Numbered from the stretch's first letter, positions 8,569-17,625 are shown. The stretch: 32,000 nt of DNA from Patescibacteria group bacterium (GCA_041662745.1 JBAZRV010000005.1:60001-92000), one strand, 5' to 3'. Numbers and translations: made by a program. The notes: generated from the sequence alone by a model not told the origin.

Positions 8569-8676
8569 AACCAAAGTCGTTCTGTTTGTTTTGAGATGGA
8601 TAATCTAAGTTTTCGGACATTACAATGCAATCAAACCGTCTACGCCAAAAACATGGCGAGACAAAAAGGAGAAAAC

Positions 8677-9051
8677 ATGCATATTTTACTTAGTTGGTTT
8701 ATTGGATTATCGCTTTTAGGCACAGCAATCGGATGTGTTTATATGAAAAAATATAAAAGCAGGTTTTATATCATAACGCTCATAATATTGACGGCGTTTG
8801 TTTTCTTTGCTATCGGCTTAATGACTTTTATCGGCAATCCAGTATCATTATCTAAGCTTAAAACCGATACCGTCTATCAGGTTGTAGGCCAGCATCGCGA
8901 CGCGGATAACGGCTTTATTACTACAGTCAAAGCGCCGAATGGCGCTTTCAGATTGATTAAATGCAAAGAACAAGTACCTGAATTGTTCATTGTCAAGCAC
9001 TCGTTTTGGGATGGCAAGATAACGATCGAAGAGTTTATGATAAAGCACTAA
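8677..9051 (+). CDS. Hypothetical small membrane protein (2 TM + soluble tail)
   Basis: The internal ATG at 8677 is preceded by AAAGGAG (8665-8671). Two hydrophobic helices are present and no family was recognised. The track start at 8596 lacks an SD. Confidence 0.55.
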   Translation: MHILLSWFIGLSLLGTAIGCVYMKKYKSRFYIITLIILTAFVFFAIGLMTFIGNPVSLSKLKTDTVYQVVGQHRDADNGFITTVKAPNGAFRLIKCKEQVPELFIVKHSFWDGKITIEEFMIKH

Positions 9052-9074
9052 TCCACAATCAAGAACCTTATCCG

Positions 9075-9111
9075 CCCCGCGCAGCGATTTGCTGACGCGG
9101 GGTTTTATTTT
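9075..9111 (+). terminator. Rho-independent terminator
   Basis: ccccgcg (9075-9081) pairs with cgcgggg (9096-9102), followed by TTTTATTTT. Confidence 0.8.
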
Positions 9112-9138
9112 GTTCTTCTCCTGTTTTTGTGTTATAAT
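9110..9138 (+). promoter_or_regulatory. Promoter with extended -10 (TTGTTC-17-TGtTATAAT)
   Basis: TTGTTC at 9110-9115 and TATAAT at 9133-9138, preceded by TG at 9130-9131. It lies 35 nt upstream of the pilB ATG. Confidence 0.5.
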
Positions 9139-9172
9139 AATATCAATTAATCCACCCGGAAGGTGACAAACT

Positions 9173-10891
9173 ATGCTTAACCAAAAAGATTTGGAAGAGA
9201 TTTTGCTCCAAAGCAAAATTTTAGAAACCAAACAAATCAAAGAATACTCCGACAAGGCCCGTCAGGCCAATAAAAAGCTGGAGGATTTTTTGGTTGACAA
9301 AAAAATCATCGCCCCCAATTTGCTGTACGAATCGGCGGCCAAATATTACGATCTGCCCTATATTGATCTCAAAAATCAAACTATCCGCAAGGATATCCTA
9401 TTCACCATCCCCGAAGTAACGGCCAGCGCCCACAAAACCATAGCTTTTGACAAAACCACCAAGGAACTCAAAGTCGCCACACTGGATATCTCCAATATTG
9501 AACTGTTTGATTTCTTAGCCAAAAAAACCGGCTTAGAGGTCCTGCTTCATTTGACTTCTCCGGATAATATCAAAGACGCGCTCAAACAATATCATAAAGG
9601 ATTGTCAGCCGACATCAAAACGATTGAAGAAGAAGAGAGCGAAGAAAAACCGGAAAACCTCAAATCCCTGGCTCAAGATCTGCCGGTGGTGCGCATCGTG
9701 GACACCCTGTTAGAGTACGCCATTCTGGAAAAGGCCTCGGACATCCATATTGAGCCCTCCGACCAGGACGTAGCCGTACGCTACCGTATTGACGGCATGT
9801 TGCGTAAAGTCATGACTCTGCCCAAAACCGCTCATGCCGGCATTATCGCCAGAATCAAAATCCTGTCTAACTTAAAATTAGACGAACACCGCCTGCCCCA
9901 AGACGGGCGCTTCAAAATAAAAAGCCAAGACTACCAGGTCTCTTTTCGCGTTTCCATCATCCCGACTTTTGACGGCGAGAAAGCGGTTTTGCGCCTTCTG
10001 CCCGATACGGCCCAACAAATGACTTTGGAACAACTGGGCTTTCAACCTCAGGCGCTGGACGTGGTTAAACGCAACATCGTCAAGCCGCACGGCATGATTC
10101 TGGTTACCGGTCCGACCGGCTCCGGCAAAACCACCACCCTGTACACCATGTTGCAAGTCCTTAACAAACCGGAAGTAAATATTTCCACGGTTGAAGATCC
10201 GATTGAATACAAAATGCCCGGCATCAACCAATGCCAAGTCCAACCGAAAATAGGCTTTACTTTTGCCGCGGCCCTGCGCTCCTTTTTGCGCCAAGATCCC
10301 AACATTATCCTGGTCGGAGAAATCCGCGACAATGAAACCGCCGACATTGCCATAAACGCCGCCATGACCGGCCACTTGGTCTTATCCACCTTGCACACTA
10401 ACGACGCGGCCACCTCCATCCCCCGTTTGACCGACATGAATGTGCCGACTTTCTTAATCTCCTCAACCCTTAACTTGATTATCGCCCAACGCTTGGTCAG
10501 GAAAATCTGCAAAAATTGCATTGAAAGTTATAATCTAGACAAAAAGGGCGTCATGGAATTGGAAAAAGAATTCAACCTAAGCGCGGTAGAAAAAAGCCTG
10601 TCAGAACTGGGCATGTTAGGCAAAAAACAAAAGCTTAAAGACACCTTGTTTTTTCGCGGCCGCGGCTGCCAGCAATGCGATAATTCCGGCTACAAAGGCC
10701 GCATCGGCATCTATGAAACATTGGAAATAAATGACAAGATATCGGCGATGATCTTAAGCAAGGCGACGCGCGACGAATTGCAGAAAGCCGCGATTGAAAA
10801 CGGCATGGTAACGATTATGTTGGACGGTTTCATCAAGGCTAAGACCGGTGTCACCTCCATTGAGGAAGTGTTAAGAGTAACGAAAGAATAA
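9173..10891 (+). CDS. pilB: Type IV pilus assembly ATPase PilB (GspE family)
   Basis: Has an N-terminal T2SSE_N-like domain, Walker A GPTGSGKTT, the Asp/His boxes (ILVGEIRD, TGHLVLSTLHTN) and a tetracysteine zinc motif CKNC...CQQC. SD-like GGAAGGTGA lies upstream. Confidence 0.95.
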   Translation: MLNQKDLEEILLQSKILETKQIKEYSDKARQANKKLEDFLVDKKIIAPNLLYESAAKYYDLPYIDLKNQTIRKDILFTIPEVTASAHKTIAFDKTTKELKVATLDISNIELFDFLAKKTGLEVLLHLTSPDNIKDALKQYHKGLSADIKTIEEEESEEKPENLKSLAQDLPVVRIVDTLLEYAILEKASDIHIEPSDQDVAVRYRIDGMLRKVMTLPKTAHAGIIARIKILSNLKLDEHRLPQDGRFKIKSQDYQVSFRVSIIPTFDGEKAVLRLLPDTAQQMTLEQLGFQPQALDVVKRNIVKPHGMILVTGPTGSGKTTTLYTMLQVLNKPEVNISTVEDPIEYKMPGINQCQVQPKIGFTFAAALRSFLRQDPNIILVGEIRDNETADIAINAAMTGHLVLSTLHTNDAATSIPRLTDMNVPTFLISSTLNLIIAQRLVRKICKNCIESYNLDKKGVMELEKEFNLSAVEKSLSELGMLGKKQKLKDTLFFRGRGCQQCDNSGYKGRIGIYETLEINDKISAMILSKATRDELQKAAIENGMVTIMLDGFIKAKTGVTSIEEVLRVTKE

Positions 10892-10898
10892 AATAATT

Positions 10899-11966
10899 AT
10901 GGCGAATCTAAATCAAATGTTTATCAGCCTGCAACGCGTGCCGGAAACGGCAAAAATCTTCATGTTGCAAAACCTGTCTGTCATGATTAAGGCCGGACTG
11001 CCGTTGGCCGACGCCTTGAATATTCTCTCGGAACAAGGCAAGAGCGCCAAGTTAAAAATGGTCCTAGGCGAAATACAGCAACAAATTCGCGGCGGCAAAA
11101 GTTTCGCCGAGGCCCTCTTGCCCTATCAGCGCGATTTCGGCGAAATGTTCGTTAATATGATTGCCGCCGGCGAAGCCTCCGGCAACTTGGAGGGCGTCTT
11201 GAATAATCTTTATATCCAACTCAAAAAAGACCACACCATCAAAAGCAAGATCAAAAACGCCATGATCTACCCGATTATTATTGTCTGCGCCATGATTGCC
11301 TTAAGCATTTTCGTTATGATTTATGTCCTGCCCAACATTACCTCAATGTTCAAAGACCTGGAGGCGGGCTTGCCCCTGCCGACCAAAATACTTATAGCTG
11401 TCAGTAATTTTGTTACGACTAACGGCCTGATTTTGGGGCCGTTGATTGTTTTGCTTTTTATTCTTCTTTGGCGCCTTACCCGTTCCGGCCCGTTGCGTCT
11501 GCTGTGGCATCAATTAATACTAAAAACACCGATCATCGGCCCGATTTCCATTAAAATAAATGTTGCCAGGATGTCCGCGGCCCTGAGTTCCCTAATTCAA
11601 ACCGACATTCCCATTCCCGATAGCTTAAAAATCACCGCCAAAATAATGTCCAACGCGGTTTATAGGCAAGCATTAATGGAGGCGTCGGAAAAAATAAAAA
11701 AAGGCATTAAGCTGGCGGATGTTTTCAAACAATACCAAGTCTTTCCGGTTATTATCATTCAAATGGTGGCGGTCGGCGAAGAAACCGGCTCGTTGGATGC
11801 GGTCTTAAAAAATTTAGCGGAATTCTATCAGGAAGAAGTGGAACAAACCATGGAATCGCTGCCCACGATCATTGAACCGCTACTGATGATTTTAATGGGA
11901 TTCGGCGTGGGCGGTTTGGCCATCGCCATTATTCTGCCGATCTACTCCATGACTTCTCAATTCTAA
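10899..11966 (+). CDS. pilC: Type IV pilus platform protein PilC (GspF family)
   Basis: Two GspF-type repeats (GKSFAEAL..FGEMFVNMIAAGEASGNLE and GIKLADVF..FPVIIIQMVAVGEETGSLD) and three TM helices. It starts 7 nt after pilB. Confidence 0.9.
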   Translation: MANLNQMFISLQRVPETAKIFMLQNLSVMIKAGLPLADALNILSEQGKSAKLKMVLGEIQQQIRGGKSFAEALLPYQRDFGEMFVNMIAAGEASGNLEGVLNNLYIQLKKDHTIKSKIKNAMIYPIIIVCAMIALSIFVMIYVLPNITSMFKDLEAGLPLPTKILIAVSNFVTTNGLILGPLIVLLFILLWRLTRSGPLRLLWHQLILKTPIIGPISIKINVARMSAALSSLIQTDIPIPDSLKITAKIMSNAVYRQALMEASEKIKKGIKLADVFKQYQVFPVIIIQMVAVGEETGSLDAVLKNLAEFYQEEVEQTMESLPTIIEPLLMILMGFGVGGLAIAIILPIYSMTSQF

Positions 11967-12019
11967 ATGGTTCTCGCTTTATTAAGCATCGCCCGATCAA
12001 TGGTAAGACGAACTCGCGT

Positions 12020-12511
12020 ATGAGCAAATCAGAAAAGAAATTACATTTTGCCGGCCCCCCAACCGTCCGGTGCAACCTGGCCGGTTTTTCTTTATTGGAG
12101 TTAGTGGTGGTAATCGCCTTACTCGGCATTATCACCGGCGTCGGCCTGCCTTATTATCAAAGCTTCACCGTCAGCCTGCAATTGCAGGGTGCGGCGCGCG
12201 ATTTGACTTCCGATTTGCGTTACGCCCAACAACAGGCCGTCACCACCCAAAACAATTATCAAGTGGTTTTTGATATCAATCAAAATCTCTACACCGTAGA
12301 AAACGCCTCCAGCGGATTATTGATAAAATCCCGCGTCATTAAAAGTCCGATCAGCTTGGAATCAACCACCTTAGCCTCCTCAACCGCCGTCTTTAATGCC
12401 ACGGGCGCAGCCGTTTCTTCGGGCAATGTCATCCTATCCAATTCTAACGGCCGTCACGCCACTATAGATATAAAACCCTCCGGCTATGCCCAAATATCAT
12501 TCTCCTACTGA
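12020..12511 (+). CDS. Minor pilin, GspH/FimT-like prepilin
   Basis: Class III signal NLAG|FSLLELVVVIALLGII with Glu+5. The following LQGAARDLTSDLRYAQQQAV resembles the GspH/FimT domain. The leader is 22 aa if the ATG at 12020 is used. Confidence 0.75.
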   Translation: MSKSEKKLHFAGPPTVRCNLAGFSLLELVVVIALLGIITGVGLPYYQSFTVSLQLQGAARDLTSDLRYAQQQAVTTQNNYQVVFDINQNLYTVENASSGLLIKSRVIKSPISLESTTLASSTAVFNATGAAVSSGNVILSNSNGRHATIDIKPSGYAQISFSY

Positions 12512-12917
12512 AGCAGGCATTTCCATCCTGGAAGCCATCTTGGCTATTGCCGTCCTGGCTATGGCTATTTTGGGCATTATTCAAATCTTCCCCTTGGCCC
12601 TAAAAATGTCGCGCATCGCCGAACAAACCACGGTGGCGGCCAACCTGGCCCAAGCTCAGGCTGAAACAATCCACTCCTTAAATTACAGTGAAATTAGCAC
12701 TGGCGCCATTGAGGCCAGGCATCGTTTGGCCAGTGATCCGGCCAATCCCTTTTACAAATACGAAAGGCAAACAGTGGTGGATTATGTTGATGGCGATCTG
12801 AACAATTCGGCCACGGATTTAGGATTAAAAAAAATTTCCATTACGGTTTATTGGCTGTCTTCTTATTTGAATAAAGAAATAACCTTCCCGTTAACCTTTT
12901 TAATCAGCGAAAAATAA
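12486..12917 (+). CDS. Minor pilin, PilV/GspI-like prepilin
   Basis: TEAG|ISILEAILAIAVLAMAILG carries Gly-1 and Glu+5. The gene overlaps the upstream gene by 26 nt. Confidence 0.7.
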   Translation: MPKYHSPTEAGISILEAILAIAVLAMAILGIIQIFPLALKMSRIAEQTTVAANLAQAQAETIHSLNYSEISTGAIEARHRLASDPANPFYKYERQTVVDYVDGDLNNSATDLGLKKISITVYWLSSYLNKEITFPLTFLISEK

Positions 12918-13495
12918 TGCGACTGGGTCCAACCGACAATTCCGGCTTTACGATCGTAGAAATCGTGGTATCAATAACGATTGCCATAATAATTTTTTTG
13001 TTGATTACTTCCACCTACGTCATCAGCCAAAACGCCTACAGCCAAACCGACACCACGGCCGAATTAACCCAAAACGGCCGCGTTATGCTGGATCGCCTGG
13101 TACGGGAAATCCGCCAAGCCCAACGTTTGTCCAATGATTTGCCTATTGATACTTCGGATCCGGATAATCTGCCCAATGAAATAAAATTCTTAGACGGCCA
13201 TGATATCTCTTACAAGCATTACATCCGTTATTATCAGGCTGGCAACACGCTCAAACGCCAAGTAATCCTTTATTACTTTCCGGCCTCCACCACTTATTAC
13301 GTTTTGGAAACTGACACTGACGTGGATGAACCGCACAACCCTCCCCTGGCAACCACTACGGAAGATAAGATTGTCGGAGAATTTGTTGATGATATTGAAT
13401 TTTGGGGCGATAAACTGATAAACATCAATCTTTATTTATCCAAAGACAATGCCAGTCAGGTGATATACACGGCGGTATTCGGCCGAAACTTATGA
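12917..13495 (+). CDS. Minor pilin, PilW/GspJ-like prepilin
   Basis: DNSG|FTIVEIVVSITIAIIIFLL is followed by GRVMLDRLVREIRQAQ. It is joined to the upstream gene by a TAATG overlap. Confidence 0.7.
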   Translation: MRLGPTDNSGFTIVEIVVSITIAIIIFLLITSTYVISQNAYSQTDTTAELTQNGRVMLDRLVREIRQAQRLSNDLPIDTSDPDNLPNEIKFLDGHDISYKHYIRYYQAGNTLKRQVILYYFPASTTYYVLETDTDVDEPHNPPLATTTEDKIVGEFVDDIEFWGDKLININLYLSKDNASQVIYTAVFGRNL

Positions 13496-14760
13496 AAAAA
13501 TTTTTCAATTTTAAACTAACCGATTGCTGGAAAATTTTTAACCCTTCTCAGGGGTTTGTTTTGGTAACCTCGATTTTCGTCATGTTGCTATTGCTGTCCT
13601 TAGGATTATTCGTCGCTTCCTTTGTCTTGACCGAATTGCATATCGCCAATAGCCAAGCGGCCTCGGTTCAAAACTATTATTTGGCGGAAAGCGGCGTAGC
13701 CGAAGCGGTCTGGCGCGTCAAAAACGACGCCGCCTGGAAAACCCAATTTGAAAGCGAAGACGACTGGAACATAATATATACCCGATCGGCGGCTCTGTAT
13801 GACAATGGCAGCTACACCATCAACATTAAAAACAGCCTGCGCGGCCGAGGAGAAGTTAATGTTACCAGCACCCTCGCTTTAAGCGGCGGTTCCTCCCGGC
13901 GCGTCATTAAAACCCTGATTTACAAAGCTTTGGGAGAAAGCTTGGTCGGCAATAACGGCGAATACGCCGACGGCAACATTGATATGTCCGGATCCAACCT
14001 GGCAATCGTTAATGGCGGATTTTTCTCCAACCTGAACGTTATCATTAACTTCTGGAGCACTATTGATGCCGATAAACAAGTCCAAGCCGTGGGCAATATA
14101 AATATCGGCAGTAAATCAGCTCTTAATGCCACAGAAATCCATTCCCATAACATCAATCCGCCGGCACCGGACCCCCTGGCCATGCCGGCAGTCTCATTTG
14201 ATAATCCCGGCGATCCCGACTCCTACAAAGCCAAGGCCGATCATATCTATACGACCAGCCAATTTGACAGCCTGCTCTGGGATAACCGAGGCGGCACCTT
14301 AACCTTAGATGGCATCACTTATGTTACCGGCGATGTCTCCATCCGAGGCAATAATAACTTAATCATTAACGGCGTCTTGGCCGCCGATGGCGACATTGAG
14401 CTGGGCGCCAACACCCTACTATGCTGTTGGGGGCTTAACTGCGGCCGCAGCCACATTACCATTAATCGCGTCGGCTCCACCACCCCGGCCGGAATATTAA
14501 GCAAACAGGATGTCAGTTTTGAACTTTGTTTGGACAGTTTCTCCGGCACCGGCCTGGTTTATGCCAATGACAAAATAAACATCTTAAGCCTGCCTAACAG
14601 CATTGGTTTGACCGGCGGTTTAATCTCGCGCAAAATCACTCTGACCAGCATCTGGCAACCCATGATCATTACTTATGACAATAGCGTTGTCAATTATACT
14701 TTGGGCGACCCGCAATTCTCGCCGATTGTAACCGTTGAGCACTGGGAGGAAGAATACTGA
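13492..14760 (+). CDS. Large PilX/GspK-like pilin-like protein (candidate pilus tip subunit)
   Basis: PSQG|FVLVTSIFVMLLLLSL has Thr rather than Glu at +5, as in GspK/PilX. NYYLAESGVAEAVWRV resembles the PilX_N pattern. The remaining ~340 aa are rich in G-N-I/V repeats and look beta-helix-like. It is joined to the upstream gene by an ATGA overlap. Confidence 0.7.
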   Translation: MKKFFNFKLTDCWKIFNPSQGFVLVTSIFVMLLLLSLGLFVASFVLTELHIANSQAASVQNYYLAESGVAEAVWRVKNDAAWKTQFESEDDWNIIYTRSAALYDNGSYTINIKNSLRGRGEVNVTSTLALSGGSSRRVIKTLIYKALGESLVGNNGEYADGNIDMSGSNLAIVNGGFFSNLNVIINFWSTIDADKQVQAVGNINIGSKSALNATEIHSHNINPPAPDPLAMPAVSFDNPGDPDSYKAKADHIYTTSQFDSLLWDNRGGTLTLDGITYVTGDVSIRGNNNLIINGVLAADGDIELGANTLLCCWGLNCGRSHITINRVGSTTPAGILSKQDVSFELCLDSFSGTGLVYANDKINILSLPNSIGLTGGLISRKITLTSIWQPMIITYDNSVVNYTLGDPQFSPIVTVEHWEEEY

Positions 14761-14812
14761 TGAACCGGACAATCAAAGTTAATAAAATCTAAAAAATTAT
14801 AAACAATAAAAA

Positions 14813-14841
14813 TTGAGACCTTAAACAAAAAATGCTATAAT
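14813..14841 (+). promoter_or_regulatory. sigma70-type promoter TTGAGA-17-TATAAT
   Basis: TTGAGA at 14813-14818, a 17-nt spacer, and TATAAT at 14836-14841, upstream of pilM. Confidence 0.6.
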
Positions 14842-14899
14842 ATAATCATTAAGCCAAACTTTTAACTTATAAATTATCGCCTTTGCCGGTTTTAACACT

Positions 14900-15976
14900 A
14901 TGTCCTTTTTTTCCACCGACGAATTGGCTTTCGGTCTGGATATCTCCGATCATTTCTTGCGGCTGATCCAGCTTAAGCGCTTCGGTAAAAAAATAAAAAT
15001 CCAATTATTCAACGAGGTGAAGTTGCCGCCGCAAACCGTGGTCAGCGGCAAAGTTGTCAATAGCCAATATTTTGTCCAAGCGCTGAAACAGCTCACCGGC
15101 ACCAAACGCGGACTGGGCGGATTAAGCAATGAAGCTGTCGTGGCCCTGCCTCAAGCCGGCACCTTTCTCAAAACCTTAGAAATTGCCGCCAACAATGAGG
15201 AGGAACTCCTGCCCAAAATTGAGGAACTGTTGCCGCAAAGCCTGCCTCTGGCCCTGGAAGAGATCTACTACGATTGGCAAACCATTAAAAGCCAGGAGGG
15301 CGTTTACACCATTCTGGTCGGAGCCGCTCCGCGGGCATTGGTTGATTCATATTCTTCCGCCCTAAACAGCTTAGGCATCCTGCCGGTGGTATTTGAAATT
15401 GAAGCTATTGCCATCGCCCGATTGCTGGTTGAACGCGCCGGCGACACTCGGCCGCAGATTATTGCCGATTTGGGAGCTAACCGCAGCAGCCTGATCCTCT
15501 GCGAGGGATCTGACGTCAAATTCAACGTAACCCTGGCTTTGTCCGGCAAGCAGATTGACCAATATATCGCCGAATCGTTGGAATTGGATTTGGGTAAAGC
15601 CGAGCAAGCCAAGATTATCTGCGGCTTAAGCCAGGATAAGTGCCATGGCGCCGTTCTGGAACTGCTCGTACCGCTAATTGACGAGCTGGCGACGCAAATC
15701 CTCCATGCTGTTGATTTCTACCAAAATAATTTTTCCTCTCCGGGTTTAATTGAACAAATCCAGCTTTGCGGCGGTTTATCCGGACTGACGGGCTTAAGCC
15801 GAGAAATTAAAAATCGCCTTAATACGCCGGTTGTCAGCGCCGAACCGTTCAAAAATATCGTTAATCCCGATCCTCACTATTTCACGGCTGAAAAATCGCA
15901 ATCTTTCGTTCCCGCCATCGGCCTGGCCCTGAGAGGCTTGTCGCCCAAAACTTTTTATGATCACAATCAGGCTTAA
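14900..15976 (+). CDS. pilM: Type IV pilus assembly protein PilM (actin-like ATPase fold)
   Basis: FGLDISDHFLRLIQL, VALPQAGTF, ADLGANRSSLIL and LCGGLSGLTGL match the PilM/FtsA-like phosphate and adenosine motifs. Its position ahead of pilN and pilO fits. Confidence 0.85.
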   Translation: MSFFSTDELAFGLDISDHFLRLIQLKRFGKKIKIQLFNEVKLPPQTVVSGKVVNSQYFVQALKQLTGTKRGLGGLSNEAVVALPQAGTFLKTLEIAANNEEELLPKIEELLPQSLPLALEEIYYDWQTIKSQEGVYTILVGAAPRALVDSYSSALNSLGILPVVFEIEAIAIARLLVERAGDTRPQIIADLGANRSSLILCEGSDVKFNVTLALSGKQIDQYIAESLELDLGKAEQAKIICGLSQDKCHGAVLELLVPLIDELATQILHAVDFYQNNFSSPGLIEQIQLCGGLSGLTGLSREIKNRLNTPVVSAEPFKNIVNPDPHYFTAEKSQSFVPAIGLALRGLSPKTFYDHNQA

Positions 15977-16526
15977 CTTGGTTCCGCCCAAGCAAAAAAA
16001 TCAATTAAAAAACAATCGCCTTTACCAAGCCGTCCAAGAGTCGCTGACCTTATTGTTTTTATTCGCCGCCATTATCAGTATTCTGCTTTTGATTTCCCGT
16101 TATTTCTTGGAACAGCAATTAAGCGAAATGATCACCCAAAATGCCGCCAATATTTATTCCAATCAGCTGGTCGCCAAAAAGATAAACGTCTTAAACCAAG
16201 AGATCAACGCCTCTTTGGGCATACAAAAAAATTACCAACCGGTAACTCCGATTATCTCCGCCATCTCCTACACCCTGCCGGCCAATGTCGCTATCAGCAG
16301 TTTGCGTTTTTTCCGCCAAGAAAGCCGAATAGAATTTTCCGGCAGTACCAAAACCCGAGATGACCTGATGAAATTTAAAAATTATTTGGATAAGGCCGAT
16401 TGGCTCAGCGACGCCGAAATCCCCTTGTCCGCTTTAGTGCCCAAAGAAAACAATGCTTTCAGCATCAAAGCCAATATCAACTATCAGGCGCTAACGCCCA
16501 CCAATGTATGTCCCGAATCAAAATAG
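15957..16526 (+). CDS. pilN: PilN-like fimbrial assembly protein
   Basis: The N-terminus IRLNLVPPK resembles the INLLP motif and is followed by a single TM helix. The gene overlaps pilM by 20 nt. Confidence 0.75.
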   Translation: MITIRLNLVPPKQKNQLKNNRLYQAVQESLTLLFLFAAIISILLLISRYFLEQQLSEMITQNAANIYSNQLVAKKINVLNQEINASLGIQKNYQPVTPIISAISYTLPANVAISSLRFFRQESRIEFSGSTKTRDDLMKFKNYLDKADWLSDAEIPLSALVPKENNAFSIKANINYQALTPTNVCPESK

Positions 16527-17059
16527 ACAAAAAAATAATTTGGGCGCTTATCCTATTCTTGGCTTGGACAGCTTTGATTATTGTTATTATTTATCCTACG
16601 GCCAACAAAATTATCGCTATCCGCCAAGAGATACTCAAAGAACGCCAGGATTTGGAGAAAAAACTGGCCATGGGTCTTAATGCCAATAAAATCAAGGAAG
16701 AGGCCGATGCCGTGGAGAAAATAATGCCGGGACTGCGCCAAGTTTATATCAAGCCGGGGCAAGAGCTGGAATTTCTTAATTACCTTGACGGTTTAGCCGC
16801 CAAAAATAACCTGGCTATAGACATCAAGCCCGATTTCACCGGTAAAGCCCTTTCCCCGGAAATCACTCGTTTGCCGATTGAACTGATTTTATCAGGAAAA
16901 TTTGAAAATGTTTTGACAACCCTAAACGAATTGGAACGCCGAGACACTTATTTTATAATTGACGTTTTAAGCTTAACGGCGCAAAACGACGGTTTAGTGG
17001 CCGCCGCTGTCAGCGGTAACATTTATCGGCAAGAAAATAAAATCGCCGCCACCAAATAA
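16508..17059 (+). CDS. pilO: PilO-like pilus assembly protein
   Basis: The internal ATG at 16508 gives MSRIKIDKKIIWALILFLAW (TM helix), then a coiled coil and an alpha/beta domain, as in PilO. The track start at 16400 would lie inside pilN in another frame. Confidence 0.6.
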   Translation: MSRIKIDKKIIWALILFLAWTALIIVIIYPTANKIIAIRQEILKERQDLEKKLAMGLNANKIKEEADAVEKIMPGLRQVYIKPGQELEFLNYLDGLAAKNNLAIDIKPDFTGKALSPEITRLPIELILSGKFENVLTTLNELERRDTYFIIDVLSLTAQNDGLVAAAVSGNIYRQENKIAATK

Positions 17060-17060
17060 T

Positions 17061-17555
17061 ATGGGCTTAATGGAAAAAATAAAAAATATAACCCAAGTAA
17101 AGACTGAAATGGAAGAGACGGAACTGTCAGGTCCAAACAAGGCCAAAACCAACAAGATTAAGCTGGATTGGTTCTGGCTGGCCAGATTAATGTACCCCCT
17201 GACCATAATCGTTATCGTTGTCATTTTGTTTATCGTCATGTCCTTCCTGTATCAACAGGTCTATCAGACAGCGACTCAGATGGATTTGTTGGCCGGGTTA
17301 AAAAGCAAGGTTATAGAAGTCCAAATCAATGGCAATTCCTTAAACCAGATCAAGGAACTGTTATGCCGGAAAACCTCCACGCCGGCCATCTGGCCCTTCA
17401 AAAATCCTTTTGTTTTTTCGCCAAACGATCCGCCCTTGCGGCCGTCAAATGATTTTCAACCCTTAAATATCATTAATAATTTGCTTAGCACCAGCACCGC
17501 CTCTTCCACTGCTCTTTCTTCCACCACCAAAGCTACCAGTACCATTAAAAATTAA
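17061..17555 (+). CDS. Hypothetical single-pass membrane protein with Ser/Thr-rich tail (last gene of pilMNO unit)
   Basis: The ATG lies 1 nt after the pilO stop. It has a TM helix (YPLTIIVIVVILFIVMSFLY) and the C-terminal tail LSTSTASSTALSSTTKATST. No family was recognised. Confidence 0.5.
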   Translation: MGLMEKIKNITQVKTEMEETELSGPNKAKTNKIKLDWFWLARLMYPLTIIVIVVILFIVMSFLYQQVYQTATQMDLLAGLKSKVIEVQINGNSLNQIKELLCRKTSTPAIWPFKNPFVFSPNDPPLRPSNDFQPLNIINNLLSTSTASSTALSSTTKATSTIKN

Positions 17556-17596
17556 AAATCAAACAGATTATCAGCCGGGGGACATATTAATCGCAC

Positions 17597-17625
17597 AAAA
17601 AGACGCCGATTTTCGGCGTCTTTTA
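17597..17625. terminator. Bidirectional rho-independent terminator between convergent operons
   Basis: agacgccga (17601-17609) pairs with tcggcgtct (17613-17621). An A-run lies on the left and a T-run on the right. Confidence 0.8.

Noticed and set aside
16400-16507. The long PilO start at 16400, overlapping pilN by 127 nt.
   Set aside because: The extension is Arg/Gln-rich out-of-frame pilN sequence. The ATG at 16508 gives a normal PilO-like N-terminus with a TM helix.
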